Assembly (NCBI GenBank): GCA_023245035.1
Contig: JAHFLD010000001.1
Span: 149,285-194,001 of the forward strand
Direction: 5' to 3'
DNA length: 44,717 bases
DNA from: Candidatus Harrisonbacteria bacterium
GTDB lineage: Bacteria; Patescibacteriota; Minisyncoccia; UBA6257; 1-14-0-10-40-38
The notes beneath the pieces were generated by a model. The model was not told the DNA's origin. It saw nothing but the letters and a program-made list of their open reading frames with translations, and did no database searches. Both the position numbers and the translations under genes were made by a program. Shown here piece by piece: positions 20,317 to 29,010 of this stretch. Numbering within the stretch: position 1 is the first letter of the stretch; every line of letters starts with the position of its first letter.

Positions 20317-21627
20317 TTATTTACCTCCTAAATAACTTTTCAAATACGGCCAGACCACAAACCCGCTCACTCGCTTCATCCTGCGCCAAATAAATATATT
20401 ACTCGTCAGTTGCGCGATAATAGTGGCGAACGACGCCCCCACGATGCCAAACGGCGGAATCAAAAGCGCGTTCAAAAAAACATTGGACAGCGCCGCGGTC
20501 AGCACAAACGGAATGAAGTTTCTCTGCTCGTCAAAAGCAAAGGCCGCGTTGCCAACCATCATTGACGGATAAACGATTAAGACCGTCAGCATTAGCACTC
20601 GAAAGCTGCCGACACTGGCGGCGTATTGTGCTCCAAACAACAGCTGGATAATAAAGGGCGCGAACCAAACTCCAAAAACGGTAATCGGAATGGCCAAGAG
20701 TGTTACAAGAGCGATTGACTTACCTAAAACCTTGGCGGCGGCCTCTCGGTTCTGGCTGGTTAGTCGCGACATCATCGGAAAAATACTGGTGGCGAAAAAA
20801 GTCGGCAAAACATACAAGAGTTGGACGATTTTTTGGGCGACCGAATAATAGCCGACCTGGGCGGCGGAACTTAAGGCGCCGATCATAATCACGTCGGTGT
20901 TGAGCATTAGGGCTCCAAGCATGGCGAGCAATCCAAACGGCCAAGCGGTTACGATAATCGGTCGCAGCAAGTCTCGGCGGAAATTGGTGAACAAGTTGCC
21001 AAAATGACCGCGTAAAACATAAAACGAAGCCAGCATGCCGATTCCACTGCCCGCGGCATAGGCCAGGGCGAGCGCCATCGCTGTTGGATGCAAAAATAGC
21101 GCTCCCGCTCCTAAAATTACAATTGCCAGATTAGTCAGCACGTTGGTTGTCGCCTCCAAATGCATTTTTTCCAGAGACCGGCTGATGGTGGCGGCCAGAT
21201 CCCGAATCGTGTCAAAGGCAAAAACAAAAATCAAAATCGGCATCAAGCGAGTTGCTTCTTCAAGATGCGAAAAGCGCGGGAAGAAGACAAAAATCAGCGC
21301 CAGAGTGGCTGTAATCAAGCCCAGCTTCAAAACAAATGCCGTGCTCACATATTGGTCCTTCAAATCCTTGTTGCGCGAAGCCTCTTTGGTGATTAGTCCA
21401 TTAATGCCGATGTCCGAAAAAACCGTCAGAAAAGTCACAAAGCCCAAGGCGTAGGAAAAAGCTCCCCAGTGAGTGGCTCCCAAAAGCCGAGCGCCATAAA
21501 TAACAATGCCGGCGCGAATCAATCGCCCAACCATTTGTCCCGAAAAAAGCCAAAAAGTATTTTTGATAATCGTGGCCTTGGCCGAAACCCCGTCCGAAAA
21601 AAATCGCGCCCATAGAGATTTCATCAT
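20317..21627 (-). CDS. MOP-superfamily polysaccharide/lipid-linked oligosaccharide flippase
   Basis: Polytopic membrane protein of about 12-14 TM. Start placed at ATG 21627 (MMKSLW...) rather than TTG 21663. Confidence 0.7.
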   Translation of the reverse strand: MMKSLWARFFSDGVSAKATIIKNTFWLFSGQMVGRLIRAGIVIYGARLLGATHWGAFSYALGFVTFLTVFSDIGINGLITKEASRNKDLKDQYVSTAFVLKLGLITATLALIFVFFPRFSHLEEATRLMPILIFVFAFDTIRDLAATISRSLEKMHLEATTNVLTNLAIVILGAGALFLHPTAMALALAYAAGSGIGMLASFYVLRGHFGNLFTNFRRDLLRPIIVTAWPFGLLAMLGALMLNTDVIMIGALSSAAQVGYYSVAQKIVQLLYVLPTFFATSIFPMMSRLTSQNREAAAKVLGKSIALVTLLAIPITVFGVWFAPFIIQLLFGAQYAASVGSFRVLMLTVLIVYPSMMVGNAAFAFDEQRNFIPFVLTAALSNVFLNALLIPPFGIVGASFATIIAQLTSNIFIWRRMKRVSGFVVWPYLKSYLGGK

Positions 21628-21718
21628 AGGGAAAAAAAGTGGCCCGCGCCGATGCGAAAACAAGCTATTATTTTATTTCGCATCATTCGGATGAGCTTTA
21701 TGAAATCTATTCGCATCG

Positions 21719-23050
21719 CTATAAATTAGTAAAAAAGAATTTCACCGTTTTAAGCAAAGTGATTAGATCCAGCATAAACGAACGATGTCGAATGTAATAG
21801 AGCTCGTACTGCAATTTTTCGTAGGCGTCGTTGACCGAAGCACCGTATCGATAATGGGTTTGCGCCCAGCCGGTAACGCCCGGCCGCACCAAATGGCGCA
21901 ACTCGTAGTACAAGATTTCCCGGGCTAGCTTTTCAACAAATTCCGGCCGCTCCGGTCGCGGGCCGATAAGCGAAATCGTCCCGTTAAGAACATTTAGAAG
22001 TTGGGGGAATTCGTCCAAATGAGTTCGCCGCAAAAAGTGGCCAAAACGAGTGGAGCGGTCATCTTTTTGCGCCGCCCACTGCGGCCCATTTTTTTCGGCG
22101 TCCAAGCGCATGGTGCGGAACTTAAAAATCGTAAAAGGTCGGCCGCGATAGCCAATGCGAGTTTGGCGGAAAATCGCCGGCCCCGGCGAAGTCAATTTGA
22201 TGATCAGAGCGATAAGCAGGGTTAACGGCAGTGTCGCGGCCGCGAGTCCCAGCACGAATAAAATTTCTACCGGCCGTTTGAGCGCGTCGTACACTCGGTG
22301 ATTTTTAACCAAGTTTCCCAAAAACCAAGACTCCTCCAGTTCCGCCACCGGAATCTTGCGAAATATTTTCTCGTAAAGCGTCGCCAGATCGGTTACCTCC
22401 ACTCCCAAAGCCAGCGTCCCGTAAGCCACGTGAGCGACGCGGGGATTTTTTTTCAGGTGAGCCGGCAAAACAACCACTTCTATCTTTTGTCGCTCAATAG
22501 TCTCGGCCAGCGCCTGCGGGTTCTTGTCCTCCAGCCCCTCCTTCATCCAAAAAGCGACGCCATATCCCAATTGCGGATTTCTCTCAAGTTGGCGGTATAT
22601 CTCCTCCGTGGTGCGGTTGTAGCCGGTCAGCAAAATTCGAACCACGCTCAACTTGTTATTGAGCATGTAATTATAAAGTTGCCGCCAGGCATAGCCAATG
22701 ACCGCGAAAATGGCGATGAAACTAAAAAGATTGGTCTTGGGGGCGATTATAAAGTCCGGAATAAAATAGAAAAACATCACCGCCACAATTCCGCTCAAAG
22801 CGACTATCGCGATAAAACGAATAAAAAATTCGCCGTTGTTTTTAAGCAGCCGCAAGTCGTACAAATCGCCGATATAAAAAAATACCAGCCAGATTGCGAA
22901 GATAATGCTGAATGGCGCGAAATGAAAACGGGCTACATCGCTCGAAAACTCGCCGTAGCGCAAAAAAAGCATCAAAAAAAGGGCGGCGTAGAGTACGGCC
23001 AAATCGCCCAAAAAAAGTCCGAAGCGCTTTAGTTTGACAATGGAATCCAT
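21719..23050 (-). CDS. polyprenyl-phosphate sugar-phosphate transferase (bacterial sugar transferase, WbaP/PglB-initiating type)
   Basis: N-terminal TM block plus a C-terminal catalytic domain: FRQTRIGYRGRPFTIFKFRTM...DEFPQLLNVLNGTISLIGPRPERPEF. Confidence 0.9.
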   Translation of the reverse strand: MDSIVKLKRFGLFLGDLAVLYAALFLMLFLRYGEFSSDVARFHFAPFSIIFAIWLVFFYIGDLYDLRLLKNNGEFFIRFIAIVALSGIVAVMFFYFIPDFIIAPKTNLFSFIAIFAVIGYAWRQLYNYMLNNKLSVVRILLTGYNRTTEEIYRQLERNPQLGYGVAFWMKEGLEDKNPQALAETIERQKIEVVVLPAHLKKNPRVAHVAYGTLALGVEVTDLATLYEKIFRKIPVAELEESWFLGNLVKNHRVYDALKRPVEILFVLGLAAATLPLTLLIALIIKLTSPGPAIFRQTRIGYRGRPFTIFKFRTMRLDAEKNGPQWAAQKDDRSTRFGHFLRRTHLDEFPQLLNVLNGTISLIGPRPERPEFVEKLAREILYYELRHLVRPGVTGWAQTHYRYGASVNDAYEKLQYELYYIRHRSFMLDLITLLKTVKFFFTNL

Positions 23051-23070
23051 GAAACCTATAGTAATTAAAT

Positions 23071-23799
23071 ATGTCTGAAATTCAAACGGGTAACGAGGGG
23101 CGAAGCAATACTTTTTTGGCGGTCAGCATTTTAGTTTCGGCAGTCATTATTGGCGGCTCGGTGGTCTACGGAATCGGTCTCCGCACCAACCAAGGACTTG
23201 CCGACGTTTCGGCCAATACACCTACAACCAACGGAAAGGCCAATAGTTTACCGCTAGACGCTGGCGGCAATGTGGTGCTTGGCGATCCCAAGGCCCCGGT
23301 AACCATTATCGTTTTTGGCGATTATCAATGCCCGTTTTGCGAAAAAATGTTCCAAGAGGCCGAACAATCCATTCGTAAAGAATATATAGAGACTGGTAAG
23401 GCTAATCTCGTCTATCGAGATTTCCCGCTCGAAGCCATTCACCCTTACGCGCGTCCCGCGGCCAATGCCGCCGAGTGCGCCCGCGACCAAAATAAATATT
23501 GGCTCTATCACGACACGCTTTTTAAACGACAGAGTCAGCTGCCGTCAATTGACTTTGTAAAGCTCGCCGGGGAATTGGGTCTGGACACCCAAGTCTTTGC
23601 CTCTTGTTTTAGCGCCTCCAAATACGACGCCGAGATTCAGAAAGACTACGACGCTGGTGTTGCCTCCGGCGTAAACGGGACTCCGGCAACCTTCATCAAC
23701 GGCAAGTTAATATCCGGCGCCGTGCCTTTTAGCTACTTCAAACCCGAAATCGAAAAAGCCATCAAACAAGCCGGCAATCCGCCCACGGGCAATCAATAA
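23071..23799 (+). CDS. membrane-anchored DsbA-family thiol:disulfide oxidoreductase
   Basis: N-terminal TM anchor and a thioredoxin fold with a CPFC active site (GDYQCPFCEKMF). Confidence 0.85.
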   Translation: MSEIQTGNEGRSNTFLAVSILVSAVIIGGSVVYGIGLRTNQGLADVSANTPTTNGKANSLPLDAGGNVVLGDPKAPVTIIVFGDYQCPFCEKMFQEAEQSIRKEYIETGKANLVYRDFPLEAIHPYARPAANAAECARDQNKYWLYHDTLFKRQSQLPSIDFVKLAGELGLDTQVFASCFSASKYDAEIQKDYDAGVASGVNGTPATFINGKLISGAVPFSYFKPEIEKAIKQAGNPPTGNQ

Positions 23800-23853
23800 A
23801 TGCGCCTTTTGATGTGTTTGAGCGTTGTCGATAACAGGTTTTATTCATAAAGC

Positions 23854-24027
23854 ATGAAATGGATCCACTGGAGCGGTATTGTTCTTGGACTTTGGGATCT
23901 AATGAGCCCGTGGATTCTGGGATTTGCAAGCGTCACTCCGGCGCTCTGGAGTGGCATCGCATCCGGCATCCTGACGATTCTTCTGGTCCTGTGGCTGGCA
24001 TTTGGGGAAAATAAAAAACTGCTGTAA
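23854..24027 (+). CDS. small (57 aa) two-TM membrane protein with SPW motif (not in supplied ORF track)
   Basis: Hand translation: MKWIHWSGIVLGLWDLMSPWILGFASVTPALWSGIASGILTILLVLWLAFGENKKLL*. It fills the gap between the dsbA-like and grx-like genes on the same strand. It falls below the apparent approximately 60-aa cut-off of the track. Confidence 0.55.
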   Translation: MKWIHWSGIVLGLWDLMSPWILGFASVTPALWSGIASGILTILLVLWLAFGENKKLL

Positions 24028-24061
24028 ACTAAACAGAGAAGTATTAAAAAATATCCTTATT

Positions 24062-24298
24062 ATGAAAAACATAAAAATCTACAGCACCCCCACCTGCGTG
24101 TATTGCAAAATGGCCAAGGAGTTTTTTAAAAAACACAACGTCGCCTATACCGAACACAATGTGGCCGAGGACGATGCCGCGAGAGAAGAAATGATTAATA
24201 AGACCCACCAGTTGGGAGTGCCGGTCATTGATGTTGATGGCGAAGTCTTTGTTGGGTTCAATCGCTCGGAATTGGAAAAAGCTATCGGAGTAAAATAA
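24062..24298 (+). CDS. glutaredoxin-like / NrdH-like redoxin
   Basis: MKNIKIYSTPTCVYCKMAKEFF... contains a CxxC (CVYC) in a Grx fold-sized protein of 78 aa. ATG at 24062. Confidence 0.85.
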   Translation: MKNIKIYSTPTCVYCKMAKEFFKKHNVAYTEHNVAEDDAAREEMINKTHQLGVPVIDVDGEVFVGFNRSELEKAIGVK

Positions 24299-24442
24299 TT
24301 TTAGCGCTTGGGACTTGGCGTGGAGTGATTGGGGTTAATCATAGGATTAAACTTGCATTCCAAACGCCCCAATCGCTATACGCCAAACGCTAACCACTAA
24401 ACCCTAAACCCTAAAACCTAATCGCTAAACGCCCGATTCAAT

Positions 24443-25363
24443 ATGTACGATCTCATCATTATCGGCGGGGGACCCGCCGGAGTTGCCGCCGGCGTCTATG
24501 CCGCTCGTAAAAAAATCAAAGCCCTCGTCATCGCCGAAAATTTTGGCGGCCAATCGGTGGTCTCGGCCGGAATAGAAAACTGGATTGGCGCCAAGTCGCT
24601 TTCCGGTTTTGATTTTGCCCGTAATCTGGAAGAGCATCTTCGCGCCCAGGAAGATCTGGAAATTATGGACGGCGATCGAGTGGTGCGGATAGAAAAAAAT
24701 GGAGATCATTTTATTGCCACTACCGCCCAGGGCAAAAATTTGGAAACCAAAACCATCTTTGTCGGCTCGGGAAGTCGTAGGCGCACGCTCGGCGTTCCGG
24801 GCGAAAAGGAATTCAACGGCAAGGGCGTGGCTTATTGCGCCACCTGCGACGCGCCGATTTTCAAAAACAAAGTCGTGGCGGTAGTCGGCGGCGGCAACGC
24901 CGGACTGGAATCCGTTCGCGACCTCATTCCCTACGCCAGCAAGATTTTTTTGCTCAACCGCTCCGCTGAACTCAAAGGCGACCCGATAACTCAAGAAAAA
25001 ATCCGCGCCTCGGAAAAAGTTCAGATTATTCTTAATGCGACAACCAAAGAAATCTACGGACAAAACTCCGTAACCGGCATCAAATACGCCGATGCCAAAA
25101 GCGGCGAAATCAAAGACCTGTTAGTCTCCGGAGTTTTTGTGGAAATCGGCTCCATGCCCAACACCGATTTTTTACAAGGCCTGGTTGAGCTCAACCCCTT
25201 TGGTGAAATGGTAGTTGATCACAAAACCCAAAGCTCATCGCTTACGGGCATCTGGGGCGCTGGCGATGTAACCGACGTGATCTATAAGCAAAACAACATC
25301 TCCGCCGGCGACGCGATTAAGGCGGTGCTAAACATCAACGACTATCTCCACAAGAAAAAGTAA
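24443..25363 (+). CDS. trxB: thioredoxin-disulfide reductase
   Basis: GGGPAG FAD motif, redox-active CATCD, and a GGGNAG NADPH motif. 306 aa. Confidence 0.92.
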   Translation: MYDLIIIGGGPAGVAAGVYAARKKIKALVIAENFGGQSVVSAGIENWIGAKSLSGFDFARNLEEHLRAQEDLEIMDGDRVVRIEKNGDHFIATTAQGKNLETKTIFVGSGSRRRTLGVPGEKEFNGKGVAYCATCDAPIFKNKVVAVVGGGNAGLESVRDLIPYASKIFLLNRSAELKGDPITQEKIRASEKVQIILNATTKEIYGQNSVTGIKYADAKSGEIKDLLVSGVFVEIGSMPNTDFLQGLVELNPFGEMVVDHKTQSSSLTGIWGAGDVTDVIYKQNNISAGDAIKAVLNINDYLHKKK

Positions 25364-25576
25364 TCGAAGGAACATCCCAAAGTCTGCTCGCCGCCCTAAA
25401 CCCCGACCGCTAAACGCTACCCAATCCTCCGCCCAGCGAGGCCACATCTCTCTTCAAGAGGTTCTCGCAGGCGAAATGAGCTAGGTTTTCACGCTTCCAA
25501 CCGCGAGGAATCTTCTTTCACAGGAAGCTCTCGGAGCTTCGGCAAGATTGGTTTCCAATATTTCCACCAACAGCGA

Positions 25577-25710
25577 GGACTCTTCTTTGTGCGGGGAGCT
25601 CTCGGAGCGCTTCGCAGCTTGGTATTCCGTTAGGAATTGCGAAGCGCGAGAGGAAGGCTTGATTTTTCGCTGGAAAAAAATCAAAGCCGGTCCCCGCAAA
25701 AGAAGAGTCC
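25577..25710 (+). other. Y-shaped structured element (outer stem plus two hairpins) in a 390-nt non-coding region
   Basis: Outer stem 25577-25596 / 25692-25710. Hairpin A GCGCTTCGCA/TGCGAAGCGC (25607-25616 / 25638-25647). Hairpin B CTTGATTTTT/AAAAATCAAAG (25658-25667 / 25676-25686). Confidence 0.4.
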
Positions 25711-25786
25711 GAGCCATCTAGACGCTAACCGCCACTCGCTATACGCTAATATCGTGAACCAGAGTAATGGGAAGGCTTATCAAGTC

Positions 25787-27256
25787 ATGGTCGCGGCCTT
25801 ACTCGCGGTGATTCTATTCCTTGTCGCGGGGCGAGAAGTGATTAAACCCCCGCGAGAAACTCTACTCGCGCAAATCGACTCCTCTCGCGATTCTAAATCA
25901 AACTCATCGCCGACCATTCCCGATAAAGAAAGCTCTCAAAAAATCAGCAAAAAAAGACAAACCTCGACAGCTTCTATTTTAAACGAAAAATCAGACACCA
26001 AAAAAGCAACCGAAACCGAGAGTCAAAATCAGTCACCGAAAAACTACGCCCTAGAAATCAACTCACCACCAAAAGAAGAACCACCACCGAAGATAATCGA
26101 ACCCTGTGACTTCGATGCCCCCGGCGAGCCAACCCGCGCCAATATCATAATCAACGAAGTGGCCTGGATGGGAACCACCGCGAATCACAACGGCGAGTGG
26201 CTGGAACTCAAAAATCGCGGCAGTGTTACCGTAGACATCTCCGGCTGGCAGATTTTGGACAGCCGCGGCAATATCAAAATTTTTTTCAACACCCCAACAC
26301 AGATCCCGCTTGCGGGGTTTTTTCTTTTAGAGCGCAACAACGATGACGCCACTCCCGCCCGCGTCGCTGACCTCATTTACACCGGAGCCCTGGTCAATTC
26401 CAACGACGAACTCAAATTATTTAACGAAAAATGCGCGCTGATAGACGCGGTTCGCGCCGATTCTTCCTGGCCGGCGGGAGACAACACTACCAAGGCCACT
26501 ATGGAACGGGGGAGCGATTTAAGCTGGCACACCTCGGCCTCTCCGGGCGGTACTCCGCGTCAGGAAAATTCCGAAATTACCAAAACATCTGGCATCACGG
26601 CAAATCCGCCCGCGCCGGCCAGTAGTCCAAACCCACCAAGCGGAAGCGCCAGCAACCCACCATCTCCGTCACCAACCCCGTCGGCCCCAGTCACAGTTTT
26701 AATCAGTGAAACTTTTATAGACATGGAAGGTAGCGATACCTCCGAATTTATTGAACTCTACAACGCCGGCGGCGAACCGGCCGACATCGGCTCGTGGTCT
26801 CTGCAGTATCTAAGCGGCAGCGCCGCCTCTTTTGAAAGTGTCGCCAAAAAGAATCTAACCGCCGGCTCAATCATTCCGGCCCACGGCTTCTTTTTGGTTG
26901 GTCTGGGGAATTATTCCGGAAGCGTCACGCCCAACATGACCTGGAGTCAGTCGCTCAATAATTCCGGAGCGACCGTCTTTCTGGTCCGCAATCAGGAAAA
27001 AATCTTAAGCGAAGTTGATCCCGATCTCGTAGACAAGCTTGGCTACGGCTCCGGGTCAAGTCTCTATCCGGAATCCGCTCCCGCGCCTCTGCCACCAACT
27101 GGTCAGAGTCTGGAGCGTAAAGCCATGGGTTGCGCCTCCCCGCAAGGATCGGGCGAAAACCAAGGTAACTCCTGTGACACCCAAAACAATGCCACCGACT
27201 TTGAAATCCGACCAAATCCAACCCCGCAAAACACCACCAGTCCGCCGGAGTTATAA
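25787..27256 (+). CDS. membrane-anchored protein with two lamin-tail (LTD) domains and Pro/Ser-rich linkers
   Basis: Two LTD-like modules: IINEVAWMG...GEWLELKNRG...DISGWQI and LISETFIDMEGSDTSEFIELYNAG...DIGSWSL. The start is ATG 25787 or in-frame GTG 25754. The track start at 25637 (TTG) runs through the structured non-coding element. Confidence 0.7.
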   Translation: MVAALLAVILFLVAGREVIKPPRETLLAQIDSSRDSKSNSSPTIPDKESSQKISKKRQTSTASILNEKSDTKKATETESQNQSPKNYALEINSPPKEEPPPKIIEPCDFDAPGEPTRANIIINEVAWMGTTANHNGEWLELKNRGSVTVDISGWQILDSRGNIKIFFNTPTQIPLAGFFLLERNNDDATPARVADLIYTGALVNSNDELKLFNEKCALIDAVRADSSWPAGDNTTKATMERGSDLSWHTSASPGGTPRQENSEITKTSGITANPPAPASSPNPPSGSASNPPSPSPTPSAPVTVLISETFIDMEGSDTSEFIELYNAGGEPADIGSWSLQYLSGSAASFESVAKKNLTAGSIIPAHGFFLVGLGNYSGSVTPNMTWSQSLNNSGATVFLVRNQEKILSEVDPDLVDKLGYGSGSSLYPESAPAPLPPTGQSLERKAMGCASPQGSGENQGNSCDTQNNATDFEIRPNPTPQNTTSPPEL

Positions 27257-28458
27257 ACACCCCACAAGTTGGGGGGGGCGTGGTAAAATCAATTAGAAGT
27301 ATTTCAAACCCTCCACCCTTTTTGATATGACCAACCACCCGCGCTTCTACGCCCTCTTCGGTCTCCTCATGCTCACCATCGTCATGATGGTCATGAATCT
27401 TAACTTCAAGACCGGCCAGATATCCACCGAAGTCAACAACCTTCTAGCCCAGGTTTATAATCCAAGCCAGCAACCGACTCAGCCGGCCACTACCGGTGAA
27501 CCGATCGTAAAAAAATATTTTTGTCAGGAAGTTCCCGGCTCCAGCAGATACGCCGGTTGGCCAAGTAGCAGTAATCCAAACATCAACAACCTTATTGGCA
27601 ATCAAGGCATCAAACCCAAGATAGACGAAAATCAGCCAGGGTGGGGAATTAGCTGGAAAGCCAAGCACCCTCCATTAGATGTTCTACGCGGAGGAGGGAC
27701 GATTGTTTTTCTAAGTGGCAATGTTAATAGAATTCCAGATAAAACAGAAAATAAAAACGTTAATAAATATTTTTATGACGAATGTCAGAATCCCGAAGGA
27801 AGTGCCCCTGCAACCGAAGATCAGCAGTCCATCGAAAGTGGCTATTATAACTACAAAGGTAAAACCCATGAGTTTGAAGATCTGAAGGTAAAGAGAGATA
27901 TCGGTAAAAACTGCTACTTTCCGCCAGCAATACCCGCGCAAGTAGGAGGGGGCAACACCGGCACCGGTGGTGCGACTGGTGGCGGGACTGGCGGGAACAC
28001 GCCAAAATTTAATCCGCCCCTAGGCGGCACAACCGGTGGTGGCGGTAACCCACCGGTAGATGTCGGAGGCAACAACCCCGAGGGTGGCAATAACCAAAAC
28101 CCAACCGACTCCAATAGTCAGATCTTTGACCACTCAATTCTGGCGGAAACCAATTGCACAGATCAGATTGAATATAAGTTTCTTACCTCAAAAAAGAAGG
28201 TGGGATATGTAAATTTAAGTGGCGACACAGCACCGGCTTTGGATCTTGTGGGGCCAACACAGCCCCGGAATAACCCTAATCCTTCTCGTTTCGGATTCAT
28301 CAGTGCCCTTCCGATCTCATATCAAGGTGATTACAATGACAACCAACTACACATTATGTCCCAATGGAGACTTAAATCCGAAGTTTGGGGTTTTCTCCCA
28401 TAGCAATAGAAAAAAATAGTCTCCGTATTTCACCAAACAACCCCGCGAATGCGGGATT
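27250..28458 (+). repeat. direct repeat copy A (about 1.2 kb, contains paralog A)
   Basis: Shares GTTATAAACACCCC upstream, 388 identical nt from the ATG (27327-27714 matches 33205-33592), a near-identical central block, and a homologous 3' UTR/terminator with copy B. Confidence 0.9.
27327..28403 (+). CDS. secreted/anchored Gly/Asn/Pro-rich protein of unknown function, paralog A
   Basis: N-terminal TM anchor, 4 Cys, a low-complexity GGGNTGTGGATGGGTGGN...GGNNPEGGNN region. 358 aa. No family recognised. Confidence 0.75.
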   Translation: MTNHPRFYALFGLLMLTIVMMVMNLNFKTGQISTEVNNLLAQVYNPSQQPTQPATTGEPIVKKYFCQEVPGSSRYAGWPSSSNPNINNLIGNQGIKPKIDENQPGWGISWKAKHPPLDVLRGGGTIVFLSGNVNRIPDKTENKNVNKYFYDECQNPEGSAPATEDQQSIESGYYNYKGKTHEFEDLKVKRDIGKNCYFPPAIPAQVGGGNTGTGGATGGGTGGNTPKFNPPLGGTTGGGGNPPVDVGGNNPEGGNNQNPTDSNSQIFDHSILAETNCTDQIEYKFLTSKKKVGYVNLSGDTAPALDLVGPTQPRNNPNPSRFGFISALPISYQGDYNDNQLHIMSQWRLKSEVWGFLP

Positions 28459-28524
28459 GCTTTACCTTTTTCTATCTTTCACCTTGCGACCCACTCAACG
28501 GTAAATTGGAATTCACCCTCGCGT

Positions 28525-28902
28525 TCACTTGCACTCCTTGGTCTCTTTTTTCGGCAAAAACAAATCCACCGCCTTGCTCTTGATAAGCTCCGTCAGTGAT
28601 AAACTCTCGTTTTTTATCGCCAAATCTTGCAAAGCCTTTTCGGAATCGCTAATCAATTGACCCTCCGCCGCTCCGGCCGGACTTTGCTTGAGCGCCTCCA
28701 AATTAGCAGTAAGCTTTTTAATCAGCTCCGCGCGCGCCTCAATCGGAGTTTTGAGTAAATTTTCCGCTTGCGTAGTCAGGCTCTGCGGCAAAAATTTTTC
28801 CGCCCCGCGCCAGATTTTGGTTTTAACACCGGCTGGCGCGAAGTAGATAAAGCCGAAGAAAACGGCTAAAATGGTAAGCGTCGAAAAAAGGAATCTAAAC
28901 AC
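28525..28902 (-). CDS. hypothetical membrane-anchored helical protein
   Basis: The ORF has no in-frame ATG. GTG at 28902 gives MFRFLFSTLTILAVFFGFIYF... The track start (TTG 28989) would overlap the divergent SpoU gene leader. Start uncertain. Confidence 0.45.
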   Translation of the reverse strand: MFRFLFSTLTILAVFFGFIYFAPAGVKTKIWRGAEKFLPQSLTTQAENLLKTPIEARAELIKKLTANLEALKQSPAGAAEGQLISDSEKALQDLAIKNESLSLTELIKSKAVDLFLPKKETKECK

Positions 28903-29010
28903 AGCAGTAAATCCAGTATACTCTAAATCCCAAGAATTTGGATGCAGGTCACAACAAAAACCCGTCTCCCACAGGGAGAAATGCGCCAAATACTTAGGGA
29001 CTGTATCAAT

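Noticed and set aside
24397-24421. Telomere-like CTAAACCCTAAACCCTAAAACCTAA tract
   Set aside because: There are only about three degenerate heptamers, embedded in the CGCTAAACGC-type intergenic motif family and internal to a bacterial gene array. This is not a chromosome end.
25431-25640. CRISPR array suggested by 67-70-nt periodic repeats
   Set aside because: The repeats are imperfect (about 75 percent identity or less) and directly abutting, with no unique spacers. Only three units are present, and there are no cas genes or leader.
25481-25753. Coding interpretation of the structured spacer (minus ORF 25481-25717; TTG-extended start 25637 of the LTD gene)
   Set aside because: The sequence is dominated by long inverted repeats. 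The extension encodes a charged, Arg/Ser-rich peptide ahead of the obvious membrane anchor. In-frame GTG 25754 and ATG 25787 give a normal N-terminus.
27715-28385. Diversity-generating retroelement (DGR) explanation for the two variable cassettes of the paralog pair
   Set aside because: There is no reverse transcriptase or template repeat in the window. The mismatches between copies involve all base types, including synonymous transitions (for example G/A, G/C, T/C, A/T at 27715-27770). They are not confined to adenine-templated positions. The variable cassettes are also not restricted to a C-terminal VR. Ordinary paralog divergence plus 5' gene conversion fits better.
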